From Macrostomum lignano (taxonomy: Eukaryota): a stretch of 64,000 nucleotides of DNA. Below the pieces are notes generated by a model that did no database searches, was not told the DNA's origin, and saw nothing but the letters and a program-made list of their open reading frames with translations. The translations under genes were made by a program, and so were the position numbers. Shown here in pieces: positions 1-18,800 of the stretch (position 1 is the stretch's first letter; each line of letters starts with the position of its first letter). Location of the stretch: NCBI GenBank assembly GCA_002269645.1, contig NIVC01000708.1:124001-188000 (forward strand). Direction: 5' to 3'.

Positions 1-717
1 AGACTACTCCCTGGTCAAGCGTCCATCAGCACGGAGTTACACTGGGACATTAGAGGGTGCGTTTATATGGTCACACCAGGACCCGGCGCCAACGAATTAG
101 CTCGGCAAGGCCCGAGAGCCTGCCTTAACACCCACGGGACGAGTACCCTTCGAAGTGCGCCTTGCAGGGTGAAAATCAGGAGACAGAGTCTCTTTAGCTA
201 TCAGCCCGCCAGGGGAGGCAGGTGTGAGCATCGCTGGTTGGGATAAGGGCCATACCATGCAGTCTCATACTGCACAGATAGTTCACCACGCCATTGCGTG
301 CAGGACCCGGGGTCCTGGGGGCAACAGCCCCGGCCTGGCTGTGTGCACTGATTGGAACCGGATTCCAGGTGTCAGAGTTCTGGAGTTCAGGGAGCGTTCG
401 TAGAGAGCTGCAGATAAGACTGTCCGACACTCTCGGACAGTTTCTTCTCTCCAGCCTCTGATCTCCATCACTTTTGATTTGCTACACAAGCTGAGTAGGA
501 AACCGTCCCTGCTCAAGTTCTGCAGCCAGATCAGTCGGACAGCTTTCGAAGTCATCGATCATTGGTGTTTCACATATCCTACATTTTATATCTCCGACAC
601 TTCATATCTCCGACACTTTTAATATCTCCGACACTTTATATCTCCGACACTTTATATAAATAGGCAAACAGATCCTGCAAGTAGACATCCTGCAAAACAG
701 ACATCCTGCAAGCAGAC

Positions 718-973
718 TGACGCGACCCAGACAAGACTTGTTTTAGTTTGAACGATAACGCAGCGAACTGATATATTTGTTGAGTAAAAAAATCACAACG
801 AAGAAAAGCTATATTCAGTTATTTAAATACGAAGTGGTATAAAACGAAATTTGAGTTATCGATAAAAGTTAGAGTAGAAAGTACGTTATGTGCGCATTGA
901 TGTACGCATGAGTGGGGTGCACGCTTGGCGTGGTAAGCAGGGCACAAAGTGAGTCAAAGTTTAATAGTCAATA
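718..973 (-). repeat. 3' LTR of the Gypsy element
   Basis: Direct repeat of 5034-5289. Confidence 0.9.
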
Positions 974-1054
974 GGCAGCGACAACCCCCCAACACGTCAT
1001 CTTCCCCGTCCGAACCATTCGGAATTGATCAACGGTAGGATCTGATCCTGATAC

Positions 1055-1463
1055 CAAGGACTACTTAAGAACACAGGACGTTACACTTGCAAATATTGGC
1101 AGAATTCTAAAAGGCCGCTTTGAATGCATGTGTCTATGGTTTTAGTGGCCTTTTTGCTTAGTAATTCGCATCGCAGCGTAGCATGATACTCATAACCCAT
1201 AAGTCTACGTTAGAGCACCAAGCAGACAAGATCGCAAACAGCTCACTTTATTGTGTTCTCTGGATCTTTTATTTCTTTCTTCAAATTAAATTATCAATTG
1301 AGTTATACAAGATGCCGACGAAGTGTTGCGTTCCAGGCTGCACAAGCAACTACACACACACTACACATTATACACATTGCTTCAAATAGCAAAAAGGCCA
1401 CTAAAACCATAGACACATGCATTCAAAGCGGCCTTTTAGAATTCTGTTCTTAAGTAGTCCTTG
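1055..1463. mobile_element. Non-autonomous P-element-type DNA transposon (MITE) nested in the Gypsy 3' end
   Basis: 8-bp TSD CCTGATAC (1047-1054 and 1464-1471). TIRs begin CAAGGACTACTTAAGAAC and continue as a ~59-bp inverted repeat (the left copy has a ~26-nt insert). Internal THAP-like stub MPTKCCVPGCTSNY (~1312-1352). Confidence 0.88.
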
Positions 1464-4400
1464 CCTGATACATGTACGCCCGGAGACGCCCGGATCCTTG
1501 TTGAATGAGGGCGGTATTCGAGCCCTTCTGCAGGAGAAACTCCGCCTTTTCAGGAGGCAGTCCGGCGGCGGGGACGTACCAGATGCCCGATTCGATCGGC
1601 GTGCGCATGGTAATGGGATTTCGAAACTGCCGACCCATCAGCTCCGATGGGCTGTGCGGACGTCCTGCATGCGGGATGCAGCGGTAGTTTAGTAGAAGCC
1701 TGGCCAGGAATTGCTCTCGTACGTTTCTCGACGATCCCAGCCCAGAGAGGCCTTCTTGATAGATTGGACCATTCGATGCCGTTGGACTGAGGATGTAGTG
1801 GCGGGGTCTTGATGGGGCGGCAGCCGATTCTCTCGAGCCAGCCGGTCAGTTCAGCATCATGGAATTCTGCCGCGTTGTCGCTTACCAGCACGTCTGGGAC
1901 TCCATTGCGAGAGAAAACGTCCTGGAGCACACGCTTCACGGTTTCTGCGCTTCTATCTGGAACTCGCACGGCCTCTGGCCAGCCCGACATTGCGTCCACG
2001 AGAATCAGGATAATACCGACTCCTGGCACGTGTGCGTGATCCATATGGACGCGGCACCATGGACCGTTCTCTTGTGGCCAGCGGTGCACGGTGCTCTGAC
2101 CTCTCGGATGAAGCCTGGCGCATGTTGAACAGGCACGAACAAACGACTTGACGTCACCACAGTAGCCTGGCCACCATGCCGAGTTGCGCAACTGAGTCCG
2201 GGTTGAATTTGCGCCCTGGTGAGTGTCGTTGTGCACCAGCTCGAGTACTCGCCTCCGTAGCGAGGTTGGGATGACTGTCCGGTCCCCGTAACAGATCACG
2301 CCCTCGTCGATAGCGAGAGCTTTGAATGGGCGTTCAGCCGGAGAGCAGCCGGACCAGCAGTTTTTTTTCGATGTGGGCCGCTATGTCAACCAGTAGGCGC
2401 TCTTTTAAGGTTTCATCGGCCAGTTTGCGCCAGGGAAGGACAGCTCCGCCTGTCCAGTGCACGATGCGTGCGTCCTCCTCGCTGGCTTCGGATAGGCGCT
2501 AAGTCGACTCATCATCTGCGAAATTGAGACGTGAGAGCGCGTCTGCGTGTGGGATCTCACTGCCTTTTACGTACTCGATTCGAAAGTCGAAGCCCATCAG
2601 CCGTATTGCCCAACGCAGCAGGCGCGCATTGGCAACCTTTGGGAGCTGCCGCCTCCTACCGAATAGAAGTTCTAGAGCCCGGAGTCTGTCCTCAGAGAAA
2701 AACAGGTTCCCAGCAGAAATTGGCGGGCTCGTTCCATGGCCCAGACAATCGCAAGGGCCTCTCGCTCTACGATGGAGTATCTAGACTCAGCCTCACTTAA
2801 TCTCCTGCTGAAGTACATCACAGGATGTCCATCTTGGGTGAGAACCGCAGCGATAGCACGCTCACTGGCATCTGTGGTTAGCGTTGTTTCCTTTTTTTGA
2901 TCGTAAGGACGGATAATGGGTCTTCTGGCTATGAGTTCCTTCAGATGGTGAAACGCCCGATCCTTATCTGTACCCCAATTAAATTCAGTGTTCCTACCTC
3001 TTCAAGCTGATTCAACGGCTCGACGATGCTGGAATAGTTCTTCACGAATCTCCCGAAAAAGTTGCAAAGGCCTAAGAAGGACTCCAACTGGCGACGGTCC
3101 TTGGGCGCACTGATTGCCTGGATTCGCTCAACCAACCTTGGATCGGGAGAGACGCCTGCAGCGCTGATCTTGTAGCCCAGGAAGCTGACCTCCGCGGCGC
3201 CCAGGTTGGACTTGTCCAAGTTGACGGTCATCCCGGCGGACGTCAGCGTTCCGATTGTCAGCCTGACCTTAGCGTCCAGTTCTGCTCGTGAGCGTCCACC
3301 GAGCAGGATGTCATCTTGGTAGACAACCTTTCCTTTTACTTCGGCCAGCGTCGATTCCATGGTCTTTTGAAAAATAGCAGAGGCCGATTTGAGACCAGGA
3401 ACAAGCCGGGTATATCTAAACAGGCACAATGGCGTGGCCACCGTAGTAACCGGTCTGCTCGACTCTTCCGATCTTATTTGCAAATAAGCGTCGGACAGAT
3501 CAAGAGTGGCGAAATAGGACATACCGGCGATGTCGGCGAAGATGGTTTCAACTGCCGGGATCAGGTAGGTGTCACCGCAGATTTGATGATTGACCCCGGC
3601 CTTAAAATCGGCACAGATTCGAACTTGCCCGTTAGGTTTCATGACACACACAATGGGGGAGACCCACTCGCTCCCACCGGGGGGAACCGGTTCGATGATC
3701 CCTTCGGCTTCCATCCTTCTTAGCTCAGCATTTACGCTGTCTTGGAGGTGAATTGGCACGGCGCGAGCAGCACAATAGAAAGGCCTGGCTCCCTCCACCA
3801 GCTTGATCTTGGCGTTGAATCCTCGTAGGTGCGGAAGTTGCTCCACAGCAGCGATCGAAGCTGATAGTGTCGTGATGGACGGGTTCTGGTCGAAGTTGAG
3901 ATTTCCATTCCCAAGAGTCCGTGAGACTTTTGAGCGGCGGTGACAACCAAGTCTACCGTGCGAAACTGCGACTGTGTCTCCCATGTGGCTGTGAATTCAC
4001 CTACACACGTTATGATGGACCCATCGAACTGGCGCAGAATTCGTCTGGTCTTGCGGAGTGGGGGACGGCCGAGCAGCTCCCAGTGGTTGCTGGGGATGAG
4101 ACTTATCTCTGCACCTGTGTCAAGCTGCATCCGGAGCGGCCGACCGTTGATGCGAACTGACTGGAAAAGGCCCCTGTCACCGGCCCTTGGACTCACAACG
4201 AATATGTTGGATGCTCCACTGTGGGCGTTACTTGAAGCCTTCTGTGGCTCCTGTTCGCTGACCTGGGGTTCAAGTGACTCTTGATGGACAGTCTTTGATC
4301 GACAGACAGAGGCGAAGTGATTGCGCCTGTTGCAGTTCGCACACTTCTTTCCGTAGGCTGGGCAGCTTCCTTTTGCGTGACTACCCCCGCAGTATGAGCA

Positions 4401-5033
4401 CTTTGATGAAGCATTGGACTTGGACTGACGTCTGGCGAAGGCTATCTCCAGCTGCTGCGGTTGCGTCGGGGCCACACTGTACTCTTGTATTTGCTCGAGT
4501 TGCTCCAAGCCTTGCAGAATATCGAGAAGCAGAACTTCAGCACCTTGAGTCCTTTCGAGCACCCTGCGCCTATGCTCTGCCGTGGCCAGACCGTCAATCA
4601 AGCGCATCGTTATCATATCATCTTCGATTGGTTGCTTCTTTCCTAGCTCCGCGAAGTCGCAGCTAGCCGCCGCGGCACGAAGTCATCGATAGTACGCGGC
4701 CGCCTTCTCGCCCTGCTCTTGCTTGATGCCCAGAAACTTCATGCGTTCGGCTATGACAAAGCGCCGCTTGGGACAAATGGTGGCAGTTATCAGTTCTTTT
4801 ATAACTTCGAACTTCATGTCCTCCAGCAGTTTCGGTGCTGCGGCTAGCGAGAGAGTTCTGATTGCCAAAAGGCCAGCTGTGGCGAGAAAGAGATCTGTGA
4901 CGTCCCGAGCTGTGTCCGAGTCACTCAGTTTCTTTATCCGAGCATTGTCAGCAAAGCTCAGAATCCAGGCTTCTGCTTGGTCCGGGTCGTCAAGATTCAG
5001 CTGTGTCTCCTTGGATCCTGCTCGCGACGCCAT

Positions 5034-5289
5034 TGACGCGACGCAGACAAGACTTGTTTTAGTTTCAACGATAATACAGCGAACTGATATATTTGTTGAG
5101 TAAGAAAATCACAACGAAGAAAAGCTATATTCAGTTATTTAAATACGAAGTGGTATAAAACGATATTTGAGTTATTGATAAAAGTTAGAGTAGAAAGTAC
5201 GTTATGTGCGCATTGATGTACGCATGAGTGGGGTGCACGCTTGGCGTGGTAAGCAGGGCACAAAGTGAGTCAAAGTTTAAAAGTCAATA
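5034..5289 (-). repeat. 5' LTR of the Gypsy element
   Basis: Direct repeat of 718-973; abuts PBS and gag start. Confidence 0.9.
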
Positions 5290-6683
5290 CTGGTAGAGTC
5301 GCTCGCTTGGCGAGAAGAATAAATAGAAAGCTTAATATCAACATTTGAATATGATTGCAATTTCTAACAACTTCAACGCGTTTTGCACGCCATGGTGCAT
5401 CGTCAGGATTTTATTAGAACGATTTGAGAAAGTGAGATTGAAAACGATTGATTAAATATTGGTTTTTGCAACGTACACAGGTAAGGAGGGTAAGATTGAA
5501 AACAATTGATTACAATTTGTCTTTAACAACATACATAGGTAGGTAGGAGAGAAAATTATAGATTGAGATTGAAAATTAAACCAAATGTACACAATTCCTG
5601 TTCAGTGGTCAAAAGGCAGAATCAGGGGCGGTAGCTTAAATAACTGAACGTCAAGTTAAGTGTACACAGCGTACACGACTGTGTCACTCACTGTTCAAAA
5701 AACGCGGAGAGTGTGACCTGCGCCACTATGTTGTAATTGGGTGTTGAGATTCGGGGTCTGCACTTGCCAAACCGGATGGTTGAAATTTGACTGCCAAATT
5801 ACAGGAGCCTGCAGCGAAATGCAGTAGAAATTATTAATATTATCAAAGCTCGCAATTATCTCCAGCTAAGATTGAACGCAAGCCAGCAATGAAGCTCCAA
5901 TTAGCAGGACTGATCTTCATTTTTATCTTGCAAGGATCGACCGCTGACAAGTCTGACACGAGTGAGTAACTGACTTTCTTGGTCTGACAATGAGTCATCG
6001 AAATCTCCTGATAGATACCGTGGTATCATTGCAGGCGAGTTCCCTATTCGAAGGAGCAGCGTGCTGAGCACCTGGCAGTCGTCTTTTGGCGACGGCCAGA
6101 CCTGCTTCTTCAACAGAAGCCCGACAGAGGAGGCCTCAGTTGTCAGTGACAAGCAGAAAAGCTACCGGTTCTTCCACAGCAAAGGCAAGAGCCAAGCTGA
6201 CGGCGGGTTTCACTGGTTCGCAGTGCAGCTGAATGAGCCAGTGCTCATCAGCTCTGTGACTGTGAAGGGCAGAGAGGGTGAGTCAGTCACTGTCTTTCAT
6301 ACTCGGCAATTTGCTGATACTCCTAAATTGGGAAAAATTCACTTCAGACGAAGCTAAATACACCTACAACCGAGTGATCGACATTGAAATTTGGACATCG
6401 AGCTGGAGCAGGCGGGTGTTCTCCGGCGATGAGCACTGCACTTCAAGAAGCATGAGCGGGCAGTTCAATGATTCACTGCCAAAATGGACACTTTGCGGTG
6501 TGATTAACAGCTCTCTGGACAGCATCACTCGTGGTGAACTCATCACTGTGTCCTGCGTGAATGGGGTGGGTTCTGTCAATAATGCAGGCTAAATTACTGC
6601 CAAACTGCAACTACAGCAGGTGAACTGCTTTCAGACATCCGAGCCAGCGCATCACCTGCTGCTAAGGAAGGACGTGTCAGGCA

Positions 6684-7145
6684 AGAAGCCGGGCACAAAA
6701 AACGATGACGTCACGTCTTGCAGTTCGAGCAGCTCCACCTCCTGCCGCAACGCAGCCAGACGGTCGCTCCCCGCCCCCGGAGGCGCCTCGCCCGCGCTGC
6801 CGATGCCGTCTTCGGCGTCCGGAGCAGAAGTCATCTCGGAGTTGTTGAAGTCTTCGTCAGCTTGCTCTAAACCGAGTGCAGTAGACAAGCGCTTGGCAAG
6901 CTGTTGTTTGCGGCCCGTAGTAGGCAGGCCTCTGTTTCGCAGCTCAGCCTTGAGTTGGCGCACGGTTAGTCGCTTTGGGCTGGCACTCATGGCGGTGGCT
7001 GAGCAAAAAAATTGAGAAATGGCGGCGGAGCCAAGCCGGGCCGGGTGCAGAGGCTTTAAGCTGGCTGGCGTGGCCAACCCCCACACCTCAACCCCCCGCC
7101 AAAGTACAGCGATATGTACAGCGGCACCCTCCGGCGCGTCTAACA
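6684..7145 (-). mobile_element. SAP-domain ORF fragment, probable retroelement gag 5' end, inserted in receptor A
   Basis: LTVRQLKAELRNRGLPTTGRKQQLAKRL fits the SAP consensus and is followed by a coiled coil. The segment starts TGTTAG on the minus strand. Boundaries approximate. Confidence 0.55.
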
Positions 7146-7172
7146 CCCCTTACTCAGAGAGTAACGATTGCA

Positions 7173-8010
7173 TCACAACAGTCTTAGTGATTTCTCAGTC
7201 ATTCACAACAGTCAGTAATTTCTCAGTCATTCACAACAGTCAGTAATTTCTCAGTCATTCACAACAGTCTTAGTGATTTCTCAGTCATTCACAACAGTCA
7301 GTAATTTCTCAGTCATTCACAACAGTCTTAGTGATTTCTCAGTCATTCACAACAGTCAGTAATTTCTCAGTCATTCACAACAGTCTTAGTGATTTCTCAG
7401 TCATTCACAACAGTCAGTGATTTCTCAGTTATTCACAACAGTCAGTAATTTCTCAGTCATTCACAACAGTCAGTAATTTCCCAGTCATTCACAACAGTCT
7501 TAGTGATTTCTCAGTCATTCACAACAGTCAGTAATTTCTCAGTCATTCACAACAGTCTCAGTGATTTCTCAGTCATTCACAACAGTCTCAGTGATTTCCC
7601 AGTCATTCACAACAGTCTTAGTGATTTCTCAGTCATTCACAACAGTCTCAGTGATTTCTCAGTCATTCACAACAGTCAGTAATTTCTCAGTCATTCACAA
7701 CAGTCTTAGTGATTTCTCAGTCATTCACAACAGTCAGTAATTTCTCAGTCATTCACAACAGTCTTAGTGATTTCTCAGTCATTCACAACAGTCTTAGTGA
7801 TTTCTCAGTCATTCACAACAGTCTTAGTGATTTCTCAGTCATTCACAACAGTCTTAGTGATTTCTCAGTCATTCACAACAGTCTTAGTGATTTCTCAGTC
7901 ATTCACAACAGTCTTAGTGATTTCTCAGTCATTCACAACAGTCTTAGTGATTTCTCAGTCATTCACAACAGTCTCAGTGATATCTCATTCATTCACAACA
8001 GTCTCAGTGA
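7173..8010. repeat. 28-30 bp minisatellite (GATTTCTCAGTCATTCACAACAGTCTTAGT)n
   Basis: Direct inspection; ends just before the TM-exon acceptor at 8040. Confidence 0.97.
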
Positions 8011-8983
8011 CCTCTCATTCACTCTCTCTCGCACCTGCAGCCTCATCGCCGAACTCAGCCAGCAACGCAACCTTCTCAGCAACTGTGTCGGCCCTCGTAT
8101 TTGTTTTAACCGCCCTAATCTGCGGCTTCGCTCTGGTCAGTAACTGGTCAATTTGATTTTTTTTGACAGGTAGGTAAGAGAATAACCGAATTTCGAATTC
8201 CAGCTGAAGCTGAAACTGAAGAGCAGACAGTTGCAGTCCTCAAGTCCCGCAGCAAAGCTGAGCAATGTGCCAGAGAATCCGGCTGGCGTTGCTAAGGCAG
8301 TGCGCAAGGTGAGAGGCATCTGACCCCTGTACAGAATACTGCTGTGATGGCTCAGGCAGGAGCAGGGAAGCTCAGTGGTACACGATTCCCCGCATTCATT
8401 TGGGCATTGTGCTCAAAAATAGGCCATTGGGTTTTCATGCATGCACAGACTGTACATGCCTGATGATTACAGTCAGGGCCGCTGTACACCCCGCATGAGC
8501 GTGTGTGTGAGTGCCTGCTCCTGCGAATATTGAAACTTCGAATGCTCAACAACTGATGAGCAATGATGAATTGATGATGAAATCCGAGCCGGCTCCACCG
8601 ATTTCAGACGGAGCCAACGCTGCGACCGCGCGTCACCGCCCGCAGCTGCGAGCCCGAGTGCAGCTACCTGTCGGTGGATCCCAATGCCGAGCCCGCCGAC
8701 AACTCGGACAGGAATTCGGACACCGCAAGCGACTGCACCGTCTATTTGGAAATTGTGGCCGATGCCAACTAGCGAGCTGCTTCAATGATCATCAGATTCC
8801 TCACCTTGCATGCACTGCATCTGTGTACAGGGCACCTGTTCTTGAGTGCGAGCTGAAATTTGTTTTAATGAACTCAAGCAATTGTTCAGTTTCAACGGTT
8901 AATACTCGTATTCAGCTCAAATACATCTTTGAATTTCAAAATGAACTCTGACCTCTCGATGTCCATTGCCGGGCACCGGCGCT

Positions 8984-9731
8984 TCAGTCAGTCAGTCAGT
9001 CAGTCAGTCAGTCAGTCAGTCAGTCAGTCAGTCAGTCAGTCAGTCAGTCAGTCAGTCAGTCAGTCAGTCAGTCAGTCAGTCAGTCAGTCAGTCAGTCAGT
9101 CAGTCAGTCAGTTAGTCAGTCAGTCAGTCAGTCAGTCAGTCAGTCAGTCAGTCAGTCAGTCAGTCAGTCAGTCAGTCAGTCAGTTAGTCAGTCAGTCAGT
9201 CAGTCAGTCAGTCAGTCAGTCAGTCAGTCAGTCAGTCAGTCAGTCAGTCAGTCAGTCAGTCAGTCACTGTCACTGTCACTGTCACTGTCACTGTCACTGT
9301 CACTGTCACTGTCACTGTCACTGTCACTGTCACTGTCACTGTCACTGTCACTGTCACTGTCACTGTCACTGTCACTGTCACTGTCACTGTCACTGTCACT
9401 GTCACTGTCACTGTCACTGTCACTGTCACTGTCATAGTCATAGTCATAGTCATAGTCATAGTCACAGTCACAGTCACAGTCACAGTCATAGTCACAGTCA
9501 CAGTCACAGTCACAGTCACAGTCACAGTCACGGTCAGTCACAGTCACAGTCACAGTCACAGTCAGTCACAGTCACAGTCACAGTCACAGTCACAGTCAGT
9601 CACAGTCACAGTCACAGTCACAGTCACAGTCACAGTCAGTCACAGTCACAGTCACAGTCAGTCACAGTCACAGTCACAGTCACAGTCACAGTCACAGTCA
9701 GTCACAGTCTCAGTCACAGTCAGTCAGTCAC
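8984..9731. repeat. Compound STR (CAGT)n-(CACTGT)n-(CATAGT/CACAGT)n between genes A and B
   Basis: Direct inspection. Confidence 0.98.
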
Positions 9732-10102
9732 CCAGGTGCGAATTTTATTTATTGTGAATTGAATCAGCAAATGTTTAAATGCTGGCAACGCGGATAAACT
9801 TACTGAATATAATTTCAGCATTTTAGTTATGAATATTAGTAGAAAACATCATTAATACCGAATTAAGTCAGAAATTAAAAATTGTCAAACAGCATCATTA
9901 GTTTAAATTGAAAGCTCCGACACTCTGAATAAACATAAAGGTGAACGCGCAACATTGCACAATGCCAACCTGTCCGCTCATTTTGCATCTTGATTAGAGC
10001 TGTAACAGTGGGGAGGGCAAAGTGTGAAATAAATTACAGCTGACAGATACACAGCCTGCAGAATACACAACATATCATTGCCGGTGCCTTGGCCAAGTCG
10101 TC

Positions 10103-14479
<4,377 letters not shown>

Positions 14480-14692
14480 CATGATCAACTGCTCAAACTA
14501 TAATCAATATTTTATTATTAGATAGAATTCAATATGTAAATTTAGCCATTGCCAGTTCATATTGTAAGAATTTCAGAGTTAAAGCAGTCGTATGCATGAG
14601 TGAATTACAGGAATTGAAGTATTTAAATGGCGCTGTAAATAAAATGCAAGAGTTTAAACTCCAAAGAAGCAACGGCTAATAATGCGTCTTAT

Positions 14693-15561
<869 letters not shown>

Positions 15562-15854
15562 TTACTATGCGCAGCTGTTTACAAATATTACGAATTATTT
15601 ACGAATAAATTCAACATTTGAAATGACACACAAACAGGCTATATTTAACACATAAGATAAGATAAACCAAGTGTTGATGGGGGTGATGTTGCTGGCTTAT
15701 TTATAAAATACAAAACTATAATTTTAAATATCACTTGCGAATTTGGGTTTTAAACAGAAACATATTTCCCGAAGTTACACATTTCAAACTGACAAAGTTT
15801 ATATAATCTACGGCTCGTATTCAAACATGCCAAGCAATGGAGGTCTGGTTCGCA

Positions 15855-18800
15855 ATGGCAGACCTGTTGCTGCTGCTGCTGCTGCTGCTGGTCCAGACAG
15901 CCGCGCATGCTGAAGTTGGAGCAAACTGTGAGTTCTGCATGAGCAATGAATGTCAGCATGAGTCAAAGAATGTAAGTGCTCAATCTGTGCTCATCATTGC
16001 AGGCGAGTTCCCCATTCGCAGGAGCCGCGTGCTGAGCTCCTGGCAGTCGTCTTTTGGCGACGGCCAAACTTGCTTTTACAACAGAAGCCGCACTGATGAG
16101 GAATCCGTGCTCAAAAACAAAACCTTTAGCTACCGGTTCTTCCACAGCAAAGGCCAGAGCTCAGCGGACGGCGGGTTTCACTGGTTCGCAGTGCAGCTGA
16201 ATGAGCCAGTGCTCATCAGATCTGTGACTGTGAAGGGCAGAGAGGGTGAGTCACTCACTCAAATGCGTGCTCCAAGTCTGCTGTCTCTGCTCACGGTGCT
16301 CTCGCATTCCAGATGAAGCATCGAAAGTCTTTAAAAGAGCCAGGGGCATTGAGATCTGGACATCAGACAGCAGCAGCCAGCTGTTCTCAGGAGATCACTG
16401 CAGCTCAAGGAGCATGAGCAGCCAGTTCAATGCATCACTGCATCTCTGGAGACTGTGCGGGCTGACTGAGGGCGGCCCAAGCATTTCCGCTGGTGAAAAT
16501 TTCACAGTGGATTGCATGACTGAGGTGACATGACATGACATGACATTTCAATTTTATACTGTAAGTATATATTTATTAGCGAAATCTATAATGAAGAATA
16601 ATAATCTTAGTGATGGTACTGCATTGTGATAACTGTTTTAACCATACTACTTAGGAAGTAGAATAAACAACCTGTTGCAGAGTTGTTAGAAAGTTGTTTT
16701 TCAATAACAAATTCTCAGGCGAGGTATCTTCTTCTTAGAAGAATCATTACAAACGCGGACGTCTCGAGCTCTCTTGACTACACGAGTTTCGCTGACCTCC
16801 GGCTTCAAAAGTTGCAGCTGAGTAAGTCAGGACTGTGGTGATTGCAGTTGCTCAAGTGTCAGAAATATCGTACCTGAACTGCTGCTACCTGTGAAAAATT
16901 CTACGTCTTAGGGATCTCAGAAGCTCAACTCGTTGCGGAGAACTCCAGCTTCACAATGGATTGCTCATTGGGCTGCACAGGCCAGTCGGATGCTGGCTTA
17001 GCAGCTCTGATGCAGCTCTGCTTTCCGAACGGCAGCTGCAATGCATCACGGGAGCTGCGGATACCCAGAGCGCAGCCTCAACACGCTGGAAACTACACCT
17101 GCAGACTGGGCTCTGTGGAGAGGCGCACTGCGGTCTCTGTGCTGTGTGAGTGCAGACTTGGCATGGGCTGGCAAGCATGTCTCTGTGCTGTGTGTGCAGA
17201 CTTGGCATGGGCTGGCAAGCCTGTCTCTGTGCTGTGAGTGCGTGACTGTGTGACTTGGGATGGGCTGTCAGGCATGTCACTTTCATTTTCTACTGACACA
17301 TTTCTGTCAGATCCAAATCGATGCCTTTAATTTTATGGTGGTGGCAACTAATCCTGAGAAAAGCATATCTTGTCAATCTTCTATTCGTTATTGATAAATA
17401 TGACCATTTTTATTTTGAATTCTAATTCGGTAACTTACTGACTTTTGCAGCAGTCTCCCCGCGTCAAGTGGTGATGAAGGGCTCCAAGCTCACTATGAGC
17501 TGCTCGCTGCACTGCAACGACTCAGATCTGTGCTCAAACTCAAGCGGACTGCATCTCTGCTTGCCGAACGGCAGCTGCACAGGCAGTCACAGGATGGCCG
17601 TTGCTGTGGCGCAGCCTCAGCACTCTGGAAACTACACCTGCAGACTGGGCTCTGTGGAGTCTCGAACTTCGGTCACCGTGCTGTGTGAGCTCTTTAAATT
17701 CTCTTCAAAAGTTTCTTATTACAGACAGGATATCACAGGTGGCTCAACATGCACTCAGATTTAATATTTTTCAGACCCCCCATCGAGAGTGTCAGTGTCA
17801 GTGCTGAATTTCAACAGCTGTCAGAACCTGTCAGATGTCATCGTGCAGTTTACATCAACAGAGTCTGAGCCAATCTCCGAGCACAGATGCGGCGCAGAAG
17901 CTGCTGGAATTGAAATGCAGAATCTCACACTCATTCACCAGGTTGGTTTCACATTCGTCAATCCAAAAGCTAGCCTTATTTATTTGCTCAATTGACTGTG
18001 ACGGGTGCGGGCTTGCAGAGCTCTAGCGAGAACGGAACCATCAGCCAGTGGGTCCCGGACTCGAGCCTGCAAAGCGGCGGTGTCATCTCCATAAAGTGCA
18101 TCGCTCAGCAGCAGCTCCCGCAGCAGCTCGGCTTTTGGGTATTGAGTCACGAGTCTGTGGAAGCCATCTGCACAGAACCGGAGATTTTGAGTTCCCTGTC
18201 CATTGCGATTGCCGCTGCCACAATTGGCGGTGCAGTCGCCCTGTCTGCTGTGTTGGTTGCGGTTGCGGCCGTGGTGAGAAACTGTTGGACACTTCGACCT
18301 TAATTCTTCCCTTAACTGCATGATTTACTGCTCAATGCTATTCCTGTTGCAGCGGATTTCCCGGCGGTCTCGTTCCAGAAGTTCGCCATCTGCCAGGCTG
18401 AAGATCTACTCAATTGTGCAGGTCAACTCCATGATGATCCCGTACGATGCGCAGCCGACAGATGCTGTGAGTGCCATGCGTTTTATTTTCTTTTTAATAA
18501 ATCTTTGCAACCAGTCATTTAAAAAACTATTGAACTCAAATTTTGAATTATTCCTGTTTGTGAGTTACACGAACAGTTACACAGTGTGAACAAAATTTTT
18601 ATGGATATTTTTTGTTTTACATAAAAAATTCTGCTAAATTTCTCTATCTCTACTTTCAGTAACTGATACCTTATATCTAAAATGAGTTCCGAAAGATATA
18701 AACAAGTGACCGGACTTCATTGGGGGCAGAGAAGCTCAGCAGTAAACGCTGTTGGATCCATGAAGCTTGAACTTTTGTTGTTTGATTTGATTTTGATTTT

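Larger units (their letters stand above)
718..5289 (-). mobile_element. Ty3/Gypsy LTR retrotransposon, full length but decayed (gag-PR-RT-RH-INT)
   Basis: 256-bp direct repeats at 718-973 and 5034-5289 (about 8 mismatches by eye). PBS TGGCGTCGCGAGCAGGAT next to the 5' LTR resembles tRNA-Ser 3' ends and overlaps the gag ATG (5033). Minus-strand ORFs: gag with zinc knuckles CSYCGGSH..C and CANCNRRNHFASVC, protease LDTGA (3732-4616), RT with YQDD (2941-3984), RNase H TTDAS (~2870), integrase with H..H..C..C and SDN (1550-2299). Broken by stops and frameshifts. Confidence 0.95.
5889..8772 (+). pseudogene. Receptor A: signal peptide - F-type-lectin-like domain (last exon interrupted) - TM - Tyr-motif tail; no Ig exons
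   Basis: Exons: SP 5889-5961, lectin 6035-6277 and 6348-6565, third lectin exon (HLLLRKDV, ~6635-6683) running into an antisense SAP-ORF insert, TM 8041-8135, tail 8204-8308 and 8608-8772 (ECSYLSV...DCTVYLEIVADAN*). Confidence 0.7.

Noticed and set aside
1-560. Short ORFs at the window start, with a faint RNase-H-like peptide (TPGPGANELARQG)
   Set aside because: Too degenerate to assign without a search
7173-8010. Regular ~30-37 bp repeat arrays (also 18802-19233 and 44380-44712) as possible CRISPR
   Set aside because: Head-to-tail units without unique spacers, eukaryotic intronic context and no cas genes
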